A stretch of DNA of 42,745 bases from positions 1 through 42,745 of the forward strand of contig JBGOZA010000002.1 of NCBI GenBank assembly GCA_041480025.1. The letters run 5' to 3'. Origin of the DNA: Candidatus Bathyarchaeia archaeon (lineage in GTDB: Archaea; Thermoproteota; Bathyarchaeia; RBG-16-48-13; GCA-020355125). Made by a program: the position numbers and the translations under genes. The notes beneath the pieces are model-generated. The model made no database searches. It was not told the DNA's origin and saw only the letters and a program-made list of their open reading frames with translations. This document shows, one piece after another, positions 25,582 to 35,102 of this stretch. Numbering within the stretch: the first letter of the stretch is position 1; every line of letters begins with the position of its first letter.

Positions 25582-26517
25582 CTAGAGTTTACCGAGTTTT
25601 TCAAGGGCTCCTGCAATCAGAATGGGAAAAACAATTGTCGCATCACCTATTACTGTTACTAGTCGTCCGCCTTTCGCTTTCTTCCAAGAGACGGCTTCAT
25701 CAAGAGAGGCTCCGCTCAGACTTCCTCCCTCAGGTCTATCCAGCGTTATCTGAACAGCTGAATCCAAGCCTTCCCTCAATATATTAGCTCCCAGAAGAAA
25801 ATGCTTCGACGATCCTCCTCCGAGAATAAGTGCGCCGACTTTCTTTGATTCAAATATCATATCCGAGAGTCGCGTCATGTCACTGACCAGATCCAAGTGA
25901 AAGGGCTTGAGTTGAGAATATGTCCAGATATGAAAACCCAGCATCGAGTCAAAGATTGCCGGGGCGAAAACGGGTATGCTATTCTCTGCTGCTGCTCTGA
26001 GAAAGGAGTCTTCATCATCCAGTTGCATACCATATTCTGTCAAGAACTGAAACGCTGAGATATCTCCCTTTTCAGCTTGAGAGATGCAGTCCATCACCTC
26101 GTATGTCTTCTTCTCAAAGGCTGTAAAGCCCTCTTGAGGAAATAGAATGTCTCCTGCTCTCCCTATTCCAGCACTTCTGAGAGAAACATCATCAGCTCGG
26201 AAAGTCCCTCTAACAGCCTTATACCCTAGGGCTTCGATGATATCGTGTACAATATTGGCCCCGCTTGTAACAATTCCCTCTATCAAGTGCTTCTGAAGCA
26301 GATCTCGAACAATCTTTCTCAGCCCTCCTGGAATCATTGGACCCGCAAGAGTCAGAAAGACGGTATAATCAGTGTCTTCGAGCATGTCCACTGTGACCTT
26401 GTACGCTCTTCCTAAGCTTCCCGCTCCAAGCACCCCTGCATCTTCCATCGCTTCAAGAAGAGGCTTAACTCGCAGCTCTGGGGACAACGCTATTTGCTTC
26501 ACAGGTATGCCAGCCAT
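25582..26517 (-). CDS. dys: deoxyhypusine synthase
   Basis: LTLAGPMIPGGLR, VTSGANIVHD and ILGGGSSKHF are DHS motifs. Confidence 0.85.
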   Translation of the reverse strand: MAGIPVKQIALSPELRVKPLLEAMEDAGVLGAGSLGRAYKVTVDMLEDTDYTVFLTLAGPMIPGGLRKIVRDLLQKHLIEGIVTSGANIVHDIIEALGYKAVRGTFRADDVSLRSAGIGRAGDILFPQEGFTAFEKKTYEVMDCISQAEKGDISAFQFLTEYGMQLDDEDSFLRAAAENSIPVFAPAIFDSMLGFHIWTYSQLKPFHLDLVSDMTRLSDMIFESKKVGALILGGGSSKHFLLGANILREGLDSAVQITLDRPEGGSLSGASLDEAVSWKKAKGGRLVTVIGDATIVFPILIAGALEKLGKL

Positions 26518-26591
26518 ATTTCCTGCCTCAGTCTCTAACCCTGCTGAGACTCCTAATAAAGAGTCATTAATACCAGAGTATCATTCACGTC

Positions 26592-27368
26592 TTGCGAGAG
26601 TCAGGTGGGAACATATTGAAACTTGAAAATCTTGTTCAAGACCTTTCACCTACGACCAAGTTGTACTTAAGAGACCATTATCTAACAGAGTTCTCAGCCG
26701 ATGTTGTTCGAGTAGAATACGAAGGAAAGAACAAGATCTATCTAGTTCTTGATTCAACGCTTTTCCATCCAAAAAGCGGTGGACAGCCATCAGACACAGG
26801 AATTGTCAGGGATTCTACTTCAGAGACGTGTATTGACAAGGTTATGAGTTTTCACAACGTCATAATCCATTGGGGAACCGTGAAAGGTGAAATTGGGCGT
26901 AAAGTGTCCGGAAGAATAGATTGGGAGAAGCGATATCTCTACATGAGACGGCACACAGCGGGACATCTACTCGATCATTGTCTTGGTCGGTTTTCAAAGG
27001 TGCCTGTTGAGACTTCAGAATCATGGTTAGGAGATGACTGCTATGTTGCGTATCGAGGGCTAGCGCCTTCCCTTCAGATAGTGTCCGAAGCCATAGCCCT
27101 TGAAAACAAGATGATAGATCAAGGAGGAGAGGTTTTCATTGAGGAGTATAGTCGAGAAGAGCTTGTCAAGAAAGCGCCGAACGCTCCAAATCTCTTTAGG
27201 CTTCCTCCCCTTGATAGATACAGGGTTGTCACAATTGAAGGCTGTGAACCCATCCCTTGTGGAGGAACACACACCAGAAATATTAGAGAAATCGTAGGCG
27301 TCAAGCTGATTAGTGTTGAGCAGAAGGGAGAGAGCTTCCGAATCTACTACGATGTTCAGACTCTTTAA
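26592..27368 (+). CDS. alaX: alanyl-tRNA editing protein AlaX (AlaX-M type)
   Basis: LFHPKSGGQPSD, HTAGHLL and CGGTH zinc-site motifs of the AlaRS editing domain. The start codon is uncertain (TTG 26592 or 26616). Confidence 0.75.
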   Translation: MRESGGNILKLENLVQDLSPTTKLYLRDHYLTEFSADVVRVEYEGKNKIYLVLDSTLFHPKSGGQPSDTGIVRDSTSETCIDKVMSFHNVIIHWGTVKGEIGRKVSGRIDWEKRYLYMRRHTAGHLLDHCLGRFSKVPVETSESWLGDDCYVAYRGLAPSLQIVSEAIALENKMIDQGGEVFIEEYSREELVKKAPNAPNLFRLPPLDRYRVVTIEGCEPIPCGGTHTRNIREIVGVKLISVEQKGESFRIYYDVQTL

Positions 27369-27474
27369 ATAAAGGGCTCCTCAACCTTAACTCTTATTCT
27401 CAATACAGGGGTCCGAAAGATGCCCCGGATACCAATAGATGAGTACATAATTCAGATTCGGGAAGACGGAAACC

Positions 27475-28962
27475 ATGGGTGAAGAAGAGAGAAGTTACCG
27501 AGGCAAGGTCCCAGAAGTCATATGCAACAAAGTCAATGAACTGATCTGGGATATTCCCAAGAACTATGATTCACGTATGCGCGTCCCTGGGCGAGTCTAT
27601 GCCGATGAGACATTACTGAGAAAAATGAGAGAGGACAGAACCCTTTGGCAATGCACTAACGTAGCTCAGCTTCCAGGAATATACAAGTATTCAATAACGC
27701 TCCCTGATGGTCATGAAGGATACGGATTTCCAATCGGCGGGGTAGCTGCATTCGACTACGATGAAGGAGTAATCAGCCCAGGAGGTGTTGGCTACGACAT
27801 CAACTGTGGAGTAAAACTCATCCGGACTGATCTCAAGAAAGATGAGGTAACTCCGAAAGTCGGTCAGCTTCTTGACAATCTCTTCGCTCTTGTTCCCTCC
27901 GGCCTTGGGAGCAGAGGTAGAATCCAATTAACAGAGTCAGATATCGACAACGTTGCCCTTGAGGGAATAGAGTGGGCAATAAAGAAAGGCTATGGATGGA
28001 AAGAGGACTCTCAGCATTGTGAAGAGAATGGTCATATGGACGCTGCTGATCCTTCAAAAGTATCCTCAAACGCCAAGAAACGAGGTATGCCACAGCTTGG
28101 CTCACTCGGCTCTGGAAACCATTTCCTTGAGATCCAGGCGGTAGACAAGATCTATGATCCGTTTGTGGCAAAACAGTTCGGTATCTTCAGTGAAGGCCAG
28201 GTGACTGTTATGGTCCATACAGGGAGTAGAGGCTTTGGCCACCAAGTCTGCAGCGACTATCTTCGAGTCATGGACAGAGCTGTGGAGAAATATGGCATTG
28301 TAGTAAGTGACCGTGAACTCGCATGTGCTCCAGGGAACTCAAGAGAAGCAGAAGACTACTACAAAGGAATGTCAGCTGCCGCGAACTTCGCTTGGGGAAA
28401 CCGACAGATGATAGCCCACTGGAGTAGGCAAGCCTTTGAGAACGTATTCCACAGAGATGCTGACAGTCTTGGTATGAAGGTTGTTTACGACGTGGCTCAT
28501 AACATAGCTAAGGTGGAAGAGCATCTCGTCAACGACGATGAGAGAAAAAAGGTCTACGTGCACCGCAAAGGGGCTACGCGAGCATTTCCTCCGGGACATC
28601 CATCTATACCTGTAGACTATCGCAGCGTTGGCCAACCGGTGATTCTTCCAGGAAGTATGGGCACAGCTTCCTATGTCTTGGCAGGATCAGAAAAAGGAAT
28701 GGCGCTTACTTTCGGGTCGACAGCACATGGAGCGGGTCGAATGATGAGCCGTTCAGAAGCTAAGAGACGTTTCTGGGGCGGAGACGTCGAGAAGAAACTT
28801 AGAGAAAGAGGAATTCTTGTTAGGGCAGCCAGCCGCCAAGTTCTTGCTGAGGTAGCAGACCCAGCATACAAAGACATAGACAGAGTGGCTAAAGTCAGTA
28901 ATGACGTGGGGATAGGAACTCTTGTCGCCAGACTGATACCTATGGGAGTAACCAAAGGATAG
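27475..28962 (+). CDS. rtcB: RNA-splicing ligase RtcB
   Basis: MRVPGRVYADE, GYGFPIGGVAAFD, GYDINCGV, GSGNHFLE, HTGSRGFGHQV and VAHNIAK. No intein. Confidence 0.9.
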   Translation: MGEEERSYRGKVPEVICNKVNELIWDIPKNYDSRMRVPGRVYADETLLRKMREDRTLWQCTNVAQLPGIYKYSITLPDGHEGYGFPIGGVAAFDYDEGVISPGGVGYDINCGVKLIRTDLKKDEVTPKVGQLLDNLFALVPSGLGSRGRIQLTESDIDNVALEGIEWAIKKGYGWKEDSQHCEENGHMDAADPSKVSSNAKKRGMPQLGSLGSGNHFLEIQAVDKIYDPFVAKQFGIFSEGQVTVMVHTGSRGFGHQVCSDYLRVMDRAVEKYGIVVSDRELACAPGNSREAEDYYKGMSAAANFAWGNRQMIAHWSRQAFENVFHRDADSLGMKVVYDVAHNIAKVEEHLVNDDERKKVYVHRKGATRAFPPGHPSIPVDYRSVGQPVILPGSMGTASYVLAGSEKGMALTFGSTAHGAGRMMSRSEAKRRFWGGDVEKKLRERGILVRAASRQVLAEVADPAYKDIDRVAKVSNDVGIGTLVARLIPMGVTKG

Positions 28963-29003
28963 CAGAGTCTCTATTCTTTGTTCTCCTGGCCACTTAGATA
29001 AGA

Positions 29004-29717
29004 CTAGGGGTCAATCTTCACAAGAGCTGGGATCCAACCAACAGATCCTACATAGTCTCCTCTAACGATTATGGCGCCTCGAACAAAAGACATATTCTTT
29101 GCAGCTTCAAGACCTCGCTTTAGTGACTCCTCGAAATCTTCTCCGACAACAGAATTGCAGACCGCTGTGGCTGCTGCATCAGCAACTGCGGCATTATCAG
29201 CGAAGATTGTAGCCGCATCGGCTTCACCAAAACTAACAGCTCTGCTCACCGTAGCTGAACTCGTGGCCACACCGATTGGGCAGTCAGATGGCTTAATTCT
29301 GAAGCCAAGCCCTTTGCCAAGAGCGTTTCTGCCTGCATACAAGCCAACAATGAAAGATTCATCTGAAATAGCTGAAATCTCGCCACCGTCTTCAACGATT
29401 GAGATTCTTGAACCTGCTTTCCTCATCGCCTCCACAGCCAGATCAGCAAGTCCTCCAGCGACTGCGGCCATGGGTCCTACTCCTGCTTTCGAAGCTGCAT
29501 CAGCCATCGTCCGAACTATGAGTGGGGCCGTTGGGTCGACGGCGACTGGTTCAAGAGCTGTAGCGAAGCTAGGTTTGAGCTTGATATAGGTCTCGAGTTC
29601 AAGTCGATTAAGTCTAACTGCTTCAATGGCAGCATCTATTGCTTCCATTAGATCGCTTTCAAGATTGATGCTGGATTCTTTGAATTGTTTTCTTATCTTA
29701 ATTAGTGGTTTTCTCAA
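29004..29717 (-). CDS. UPF0280 family (ApbE-like, COG2122) protein
   Basis: GVGPMAAVAGGLADLAVEAM and the overall size of about 237 aa match UPF0280 proteins as I recall them. TTG start. Confidence 0.5.
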   Translation of the reverse strand: MRKPLIKIRKQFKESSINLESDLMEAIDAAIEAVRLNRLELETYIKLKPSFATALEPVAVDPTAPLIVRTMADAASKAGVGPMAAVAGGLADLAVEAMRKAGSRISIVEDGGEISAISDESFIVGLYAGRNALGKGLGFRIKPSDCPIGVATSSATVSRAVSFGEADAATIFADNAAVADAAATAVCNSVVGEDFEESLKRGLEAAKNMSFVRGAIIVRGDYVGSVGWIPALVKIDP

Positions 29718-29838
29718 CTTATAGATGGATTAGAAAGCCCAATACTCTTAAATAATCACTTTCATTTTCAGATAAGAACGCAAAGTCGAAGGAATGCCAA
29801 TTGGAGTCACGGAGGGGTCGCGTTTTCAGGGGGCCTCG

Positions 29839-29847
29839 TTTTTATAT
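29839..29847. promoter_or_regulatory. candidate TATA box in the divergent spacer upstream of the aro operon
   Basis: TTTTTATAT lies about 90 nt upstream of the aspartate kinase GTG. The inverted repeat TCTAG-tt-CTAGA at 29895-29906 lies between it and the start. Confidence 0.25.
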
Positions 29848-29938
29848 CGTGGCCTAGGGCATCTAATCGATTAGAAGATGTTGTTTTCTGCGAATCTAGT
29901 TCTAGAATAGTACACGGTATCGATAGGGAAGGGTATTC

Positions 29939-31165
29939 GTGAATAACATACTAGTTGTCAAATTCGGTGGATCCTGTCTCTCAACACCTGATACTATCAA
30001 GGAGGCAGCAAACAAGGTAGCTAAGGAAATCGCTAAAGGGAAGAGCGTTGTCGTGGTTGTCTCTGCGCTCAGTGGGACTACTGACCAGCTGCTAGGCCTT
30101 GCAAAGCAATCCAGTGAGAACAACATATCCAAGGCGGAGCTGGACGAAATACTTTCAATGGGTGAGAGAACAGCTGCGCGTCTTATGGCCGGGACCTTGA
30201 ATTCGATGGGCATCAGGACCACTAGTCTAGATCCCACGCTTCAGTCATGGCCTATTCAAACGGACTCAACTTTTGGGAACGCAGAAATAAGAATCGAAAC
30301 TACAAGAGACCGGGTCAAAACCATTCTTTTACCCCTTCTTGAAGAAGGACACGTCATAGTCGTACCCGGGTTCATTGGACAGTCACCCGAAGGAAAAGTA
30401 ACTACCCTCGGAAGGGGAGGAAGTGACATCACTGCAGTCCTGCTTGGGAATTGCCTCGAAGCGGCTGAAATAGTCTTCGTGAAAGACGTAGGAGGAGTTC
30501 TATCAGCCGACCCTAAGAAGGTGTCCTCTCCAAAAAAGATTGATACCTTAATGGTAGATGAAGCATACAGCCTAGCGGTTGCTGGAGCTAAGATCATTCA
30601 ACCTAAAGCTCTTCTCTACAAGAAAGAATCAAACGTCCTTAGGATCGTAGGATTTGACTCATCAGACTTATCGGGCGGCACAATTATCACAGGAGAACTG
30701 AAGGTTGGATTTGGCAGCTACCTTTGCCCTTCATCGCTGTCAATGGTCACTCTGATCACAAGTAACAGCTCTCTTCCCAGAATCGCCAAAGTGCTATCCG
30801 AGCTTCCTTCAGCTGGTACTGATATTCTAGGTCTCACAGTGTCTGAATCGTCCATTCTACTATATGTTCAGAATCCGAGAAATCTCGTAGAGAATCTCCA
30901 CGAATTGATAAAGAAAGAAGGAATTGCCAAAGCCATCCAGAGTGTTGACGCCTTAGCAATGGTGCTGATTTCAGGCTACGGCCTTGAGGACATACCTGGT
31001 ATTCTGGAAGCAGTTGTGGAACCTTTAGCAAAGAACGGAATCAACCTTTACGGAGTTTTCACAATTAGCAACTCAATAAGACTCTTCGTCCCATGGGCGG
31101 AGCGAGAAAAGGCTCTGTCAGCTGTTAAATATGTCTTGAATGGATTCAGAAAGGCAGGAGAATAG
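29939..31165 (+). CDS. aspartate kinase (monofunctional, C-terminal ACT region)
   Basis: VVKFGGSCL, VVVVSALSGTTDQL, GRGGSD.TA and VDEAYSLAVAGAKIIQPKA. The C-terminal roughly 150 aa are ACT-like. GTG start. Confidence 0.8.
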   Translation: MNNILVVKFGGSCLSTPDTIKEAANKVAKEIAKGKSVVVVVSALSGTTDQLLGLAKQSSENNISKAELDEILSMGERTAARLMAGTLNSMGIRTTSLDPTLQSWPIQTDSTFGNAEIRIETTRDRVKTILLPLLEEGHVIVVPGFIGQSPEGKVTTLGRGGSDITAVLLGNCLEAAEIVFVKDVGGVLSADPKKVSSPKKIDTLMVDEAYSLAVAGAKIIQPKALLYKKESNVLRIVGFDSSDLSGGTIITGELKVGFGSYLCPSSLSMVTLITSNSSLPRIAKVLSELPSAGTDILGLTVSESSILLYVQNPRNLVENLHELIKKEGIAKAIQSVDALAMVLISGYGLEDIPGILEAVVEPLAKNGINLYGVFTISNSIRLFVPWAEREKALSAVKYVLNGFRKAGE

Positions 31166-31167
31166 AA

Positions 31168-31950
31168 ATGTCCCTTGGAAAGACAAGGCGACTGAGGAGA
31201 ATTATTCGAGATGACGGACGCACTGTTATCGTGCCCATGGATCATGGGCTAACTCTAGGCCCTGTTCCAGGTCTGGAAAATATGCAATCTACGATAGATT
31301 CCTTAGCGAGAGGAGGAGTAGATGCCATAGTTGTTCACAAGGGAATTGCCGCCAACTCAGATACAAGGCGGCTCGGTCTGATTATTCACCTAAATGGAAG
31401 CACGAGTCTTTCACCTGACCCTAATAGAAAACTTCAGGTCTGTACAGTGGATGAAGCCGTTGCCTTGGGAGCGGACGCCGTCTCAATACATGTTAATGTC
31501 GGGGCACTTACCGAAGGAGAGATGCTGACCGATCTCGGAAACGCCTCAGCAGCGTGCTCAGAATATGGAATACCTCTCTTAGCCATGATGTATCCAAGGG
31601 GTCCAAGTATAAAGAACAGTAATGATACTGACGCTGTAAGACATGCTTCACGCATAGGAGCGGAGTTGGGAGCAGACATTGTCAAGACAAACTATACCGG
31701 TAGTCCAGACACATTCCGAGAGGTAATTCGCGGCTGCCCAGTCCCAGTAGTCATAGCTGGTGGTCCGAAAGCAGATACTGCAGAGGAAGTACTTAGGATG
31801 GTTTACGGCTCAGTTCAGGGCGGAGGTATTGGAGTATCACTCGGAAGAAACGTCTTTCAGCACGATAATCCTGAAGCCATGAGTAGAGCAATTGTAGCAA
31901 TAGTTCACAAAGGGGCATCTGTTGATGACGCCTTGAGGGAGCTTGGATAA
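31168..31950 (+). CDS. aroA': 2-amino-3,7-dideoxy-D-threo-hept-6-ulosonate (ADH) synthase, class-I aldolase family
   Basis: TVIVPMDHGLTLGP and VVHKGI, plus DIVKTNYTG carrying the Schiff-base Lys. The DhnA-type aldolase fold sits immediately upstream of DHQ synthase II. Discrimination from the FBP aldolase paralogue rests on context. Confidence 0.75.
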   Translation: MSLGKTRRLRRIIRDDGRTVIVPMDHGLTLGPVPGLENMQSTIDSLARGGVDAIVVHKGIAANSDTRRLGLIIHLNGSTSLSPDPNRKLQVCTVDEAVALGADAVSIHVNVGALTEGEMLTDLGNASAACSEYGIPLLAMMYPRGPSIKNSNDTDAVRHASRIGAELGADIVKTNYTGSPDTFREVIRGCPVPVVIAGGPKADTAEEVLRMVYGSVQGGGIGVSLGRNVFQHDNPEAMSRAIVAIVHKGASVDDALRELG

Positions 31951-33027
31951 ATGCGAGAATTCTGGATTCGAATAGAGAAACAGCTTCCTTCTGAGAATAT
32001 GAGCGAGATAATCAGAGCAGCATCTGAAACTTGCGCAACAGTGCTGGTTACTACCTTTGGCCGAGAGGAAGTGAAGGCTTCAGGTTTACGAACAGTCTCA
32101 GCTTCAGACGCAGATATTCTATTGATTGAAGAACGTGATTGGGACAGAGTTGAACAGCTTAAGATGCAAGGAAAGCCTCTCTGCGCCCGAATGACTGTCC
32201 GGAGCAGTGTTGACGAAGATAAGGCATTGAAGGCAGCGGCGATAGGATTTGATTTCCTGCTGATCAGCTGCCCGAACTGGAAGATCATTCCTCTTGAGAA
32301 CCTGATAGCTAGAAGTCGAGGCAGAGCAAGACTGATAGCCGAGGTTTCAAGCGTCGAAGAAGCAAAGCTTGCCCTCGAGACGCTTGAGATAGGGGTGGAT
32401 GGAATAGCTCTCGAGGCCTCAACTCGAACAGATGTTGAGGATGCTAAAAGACTTCTCAGCGAGATAGGTCTCAAAGAAAAGAAGATCTCATTGATCTCTG
32501 CAAGAGTAGTTGAATTGAGGCAGCTCAGCCTAGGTCACCGAGTCTGCATAGATACCTGTGATATCATGGCGCCAGGAGAAGGATTGCTGATCGGAAGTCA
32601 ATCATCAGGTCTATTTCTGATTCAAGCGGAGGTTCAAGTGAATCCTCATGTTGAACCCCGACCATTCAGAGTGAATGCTGGCCCGGTTTCCCTCTATGTT
32701 ATGACTTCCGATAACAAGACCCGCTATCTTTCTGAGTTACAATCAGGAGATGAAGTGCAGGTTGTTGACCGAGAAGGGCGAACTCGCATAGCCCTAGTTG
32801 GGAGAATAAAGATCGAACGTAGACCTATGATGCTAGTTGAGACAGAGGTGAATAGGAGCAGGCTCAAAACTATCGTCCAAAACGCTGAGACGATAAGGTT
32901 TGTCACTAAGGACGGATCTAAGGCTGTGACGGAGCTGAAAGATGGAGATGAGGTTCTTGTTTATCACCAAAAAGGCGGCAGACATTTCGGGACACTAGTC
33001 TCGGAGGAGTCTGTAATCGAGAGATGA
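31951..33027 (+). CDS. aroB': 3-dehydroquinate synthase type II (archaeal)
   Basis: About 358 aa. N-terminus REFWIRIE. The position between ADH synthase and aroD, with a TAAATG junction, fits the archaeal DHQS-II family. Confidence 0.75.
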   Translation: MREFWIRIEKQLPSENMSEIIRAASETCATVLVTTFGREEVKASGLRTVSASDADILLIEERDWDRVEQLKMQGKPLCARMTVRSSVDEDKALKAAAIGFDFLLISCPNWKIIPLENLIARSRGRARLIAEVSSVEEAKLALETLEIGVDGIALEASTRTDVEDAKRLLSEIGLKEKKISLISARVVELRQLSLGHRVCIDTCDIMAPGEGLLIGSQSSGLFLIQAEVQVNPHVEPRPFRVNAGPVSLYVMTSDNKTRYLSELQSGDEVQVVDREGRTRIALVGRIKIERRPMMLVETEVNRSRLKTIVQNAETIRFVTKDGSKAVTELKDGDEVLVYHQKGGRHFGTLVSEESVIER

Positions 33028-33701
33028 ACGCGAAAATCTGTGTCTCAGTTGTTGGAAGAACATTCAAAGAAATAGAAGAGATGACGAAACTAGCAGAGAG
33101 TGAAGCCGCTGACCTAATAGAGATTCGCTTTGATTATTTGTCAGATAAATCAAGGCCCAAAGATATTAGGAATCTGACTTCTCTGCCTCTTATTGCATGT
33201 AATAGGCTTTCCTCACAAGGTGGCCTTTTTCACGGAAAAGAGGAGGATAGAGAAGATAAGTTGCTGGCAGCCTTGGATGCAGGCTTCGATCTGATTGACC
33301 TTGAGCTCGAGACTCCCGGTCTTGAGAAGATTATTAGTCTGTTGCGAAGAGGAAAAGCGAGGAGCATCCTTTCATGGCATAGCTTTTCTCCACCAATCTT
33401 GGAAGAACTTGAGCTGAAATTCTCTGAGATGAAGCCTCATAGACCAGATATCTGTAAAATAGTAACAACCGCTGGAGCAGTTGAGGACAATCTCACATGT
33501 CTGAATTTCCTATCAAAGATCTCTCAGAAGACAGAAAGCATATGCTTCTGCATGGGCTCTCTCGGCGTCATTTCAAGGATTCTTTCGCCCTTCTTTGGAG
33601 GAGCTTTCACCTATGCATCAACCAGGAGAGGAAGAGAGGCTGCGCCTGGTCAGCCCACAGTGGCTGAGGTACGTCAAATCTACGATTTACTGGGTGTCTA
33701 G
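33024..33701 (+). CDS. aroD: 3-dehydroquinate dehydratase, type I
   Basis: ICVSV.G, DLIEIRFDYL and the lysine-containing ICKIVTTA. ATGA overlap with aroB'. Confidence 0.8.
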   Translation: MNAKICVSVVGRTFKEIEEMTKLAESEAADLIEIRFDYLSDKSRPKDIRNLTSLPLIACNRLSSQGGLFHGKEEDREDKLLAALDAGFDLIDLELETPGLEKIISLLRRGKARSILSWHSFSPPILEELELKFSEMKPHRPDICKIVTTAGAVEDNLTCLNFLSKISQKTESICFCMGSLGVISRILSPFFGGAFTYASTRRGREAAPGQPTVAEVRQIYDLLGV

Positions 33702-34566
33702 CTTGGAGATCACTAGTCGAACCCGCCTGTGCGCTCTGATTGGTGATCCTGTTGAACACTCTCTGAGCCCTGCGATGCAGAACGCCGCCTTCCGCGAAAT
33801 GGGAGTTGATGCAGTATACCTTGCGATGCATGTGAAATCCGAAATGCTTGCGCAGGCTGTAAGAGGATTCAAGGCACTAAATATCTTGGGATTCAACGTT
33901 ACAATTCCTCACAAGATAAAAGTAATGAAGTATTTGGACGGCCTGGACAGAACGGCCACTACCATAGGTGCCGTCAATACAGTTGTTAACAGAGACGGAA
34001 AACTCATTGGCTACAATACCGACGGCATAGGTGCGCTAGAAGCTCTTCGGGAATCAGGTGTGAATCCAAAGGGGAGAAGAATCATTCTTGTCGGCGCAGG
34101 AGGTGCAGCCAGAGCAATTGCCTTCACATTAGCTGAAATCGCTCAGCGGATGGTCATAGTGAATCGTACAGTATCCAAAGCCAGGATGCTCGCAAGAGAC
34201 GTTAAAAAGACAACACAAGCCCAAGTTACCTACAAGAGTCTGAATTCTGCAACATTGAAAAACGACCTGCTTTCCTCAGATCTACTCGTGAATGCAACAT
34301 CCATTGGAATGAATCCGAGAGCGAGTGAGGCTCCCATCGATCTATCTCTCCTCAGAACTGACCTAGATGTCTTTGATATTGTCTATGACCCTGTCGAAAC
34401 AAGCCTTCTGAAGGGTGCTAAAGAAGTCGGAGCTAAGAGCGTCAATGGTCTCATGATGCTCGTTAACCAAGGTGCTCAGGCTTTTGAGCTCTGGACAGGG
34501 CTGAAAGGACCAATACCTATCATGACAGAAGCTCTAAACAATGCTTTGAAGGTCAGTCCCAGATGA
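33694..34566 (+). CDS. aroE: shikimate 5-dehydrogenase
   Basis: LIGDPVEHSLSPAMQNAAF, GFNVTIPHK, GAVNT, NTDG and GAGGAARA. The start is GTG 33694 or TTG 33703; the track start at 33595 overlaps aroD and is unlikely. Confidence 0.85.
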   Translation: MSSLEITSRTRLCALIGDPVEHSLSPAMQNAAFREMGVDAVYLAMHVKSEMLAQAVRGFKALNILGFNVTIPHKIKVMKYLDGLDRTATTIGAVNTVVNRDGKLIGYNTDGIGALEALRESGVNPKGRRIILVGAGGAARAIAFTLAEIAQRMVIVNRTVSKARMLARDVKKTTQAQVTYKSLNSATLKNDLLSSDLLVNATSIGMNPRASEAPIDLSLLRTDLDVFDIVYDPVETSLLKGAKEVGAKSVNGLMMLVNQGAQAFELWTGLKGPIPIMTEALNNALKVSPR

Positions 34567-35102
34567 AACGTAATGTTGCGTTAATCGGCTTCATGGGCGT
34601 AGGGAAGACAACAATAGGAGAGGCCTTAGCATCTAGACTGAAAAAACGGTTTGTACGAACAGATGATCTCATAGTTGAACTTGCCAAGAGACCAATACCC
34701 CAAATATTCAGAGAAGAAGGGGAATCAAGATTCAGAGAATTGGAGATGGAAGTTGTGAAGCAAGTATCAGAAGAAGACAATGTTGTAATAGATTGCGGAG
34801 GAGGAGTCGTACTTAACCGAGTAAACATTCAAAGACTAAGAAACAAAGCCAAAATAGTGCTTCTCACAGCCTCTCCAGAAACAATACTCAGAAGAGTCAA
34901 GAATGATAGCTCCGAGAGGCCACTCCTAAATGTTCCGAACCAATTGGAAAGAATAAAAGAATTGCTGGCTGCCCGTGAATCCTCCTACAAAGAGTCTGCC
35001 GACTTTGAAGTCGACACTTCATATCTTGACAAGAACGAGGCGGCAGACAGGATATCTCACATGTTGAGAGGCAACTGCCCATCTGGGAGCCAGAAGCCTT
35101 GA
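34563..35102 (+). CDS. aroK: shikimate kinase, P-loop AroK/AroL type
   Basis: Walker A GFMGVGKTTIG, shikimate-binding D..I, FR..E and DCGGG. ATGA overlap with aroE. Confidence 0.8.
   Translation: MKRNVALIGFMGVGKTTIGEALASRLKKRFVRTDDLIVELAKRPIPQIFREEGESRFRELEMEVVKQVSEEDNVVIDCGGGVVLNRVNIQRLRNKAKIVLLTASPETILRRVKNDSSERPLLNVPNQLERIKELLAARESSYKESADFEVDTSYLDKNEAADRISHMLRGNCPSGSQKP

Noticed and set aside
27420-27482. A 20-codon upstream ORF (MPRIPIDEYIIQIREDGNHG) overlapping the RtcB start. I considered it as a possible frameshifted RtcB N-terminus.
   Set aside because: The main RtcB ORF already contains the complete conserved N-terminal region (..WDIPKNYDSRMRVPGRVYADE). No frameshift is needed.
29071-29589. 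Long antisense ORFs opposite well-supported genes: 29071..29589, 31905..32474, 36869..37399, 38810..39181, 137..565, 12697..13053 and 22790..23089.
   Set aside because: Their translations are Ala/Ser/Pro/Arg-rich and low-complexity with no recognisable motifs. Each lies entirely inside a gene with strong family motifs on the other strand. They are typical shadow ORFs produced by codon periodicity.
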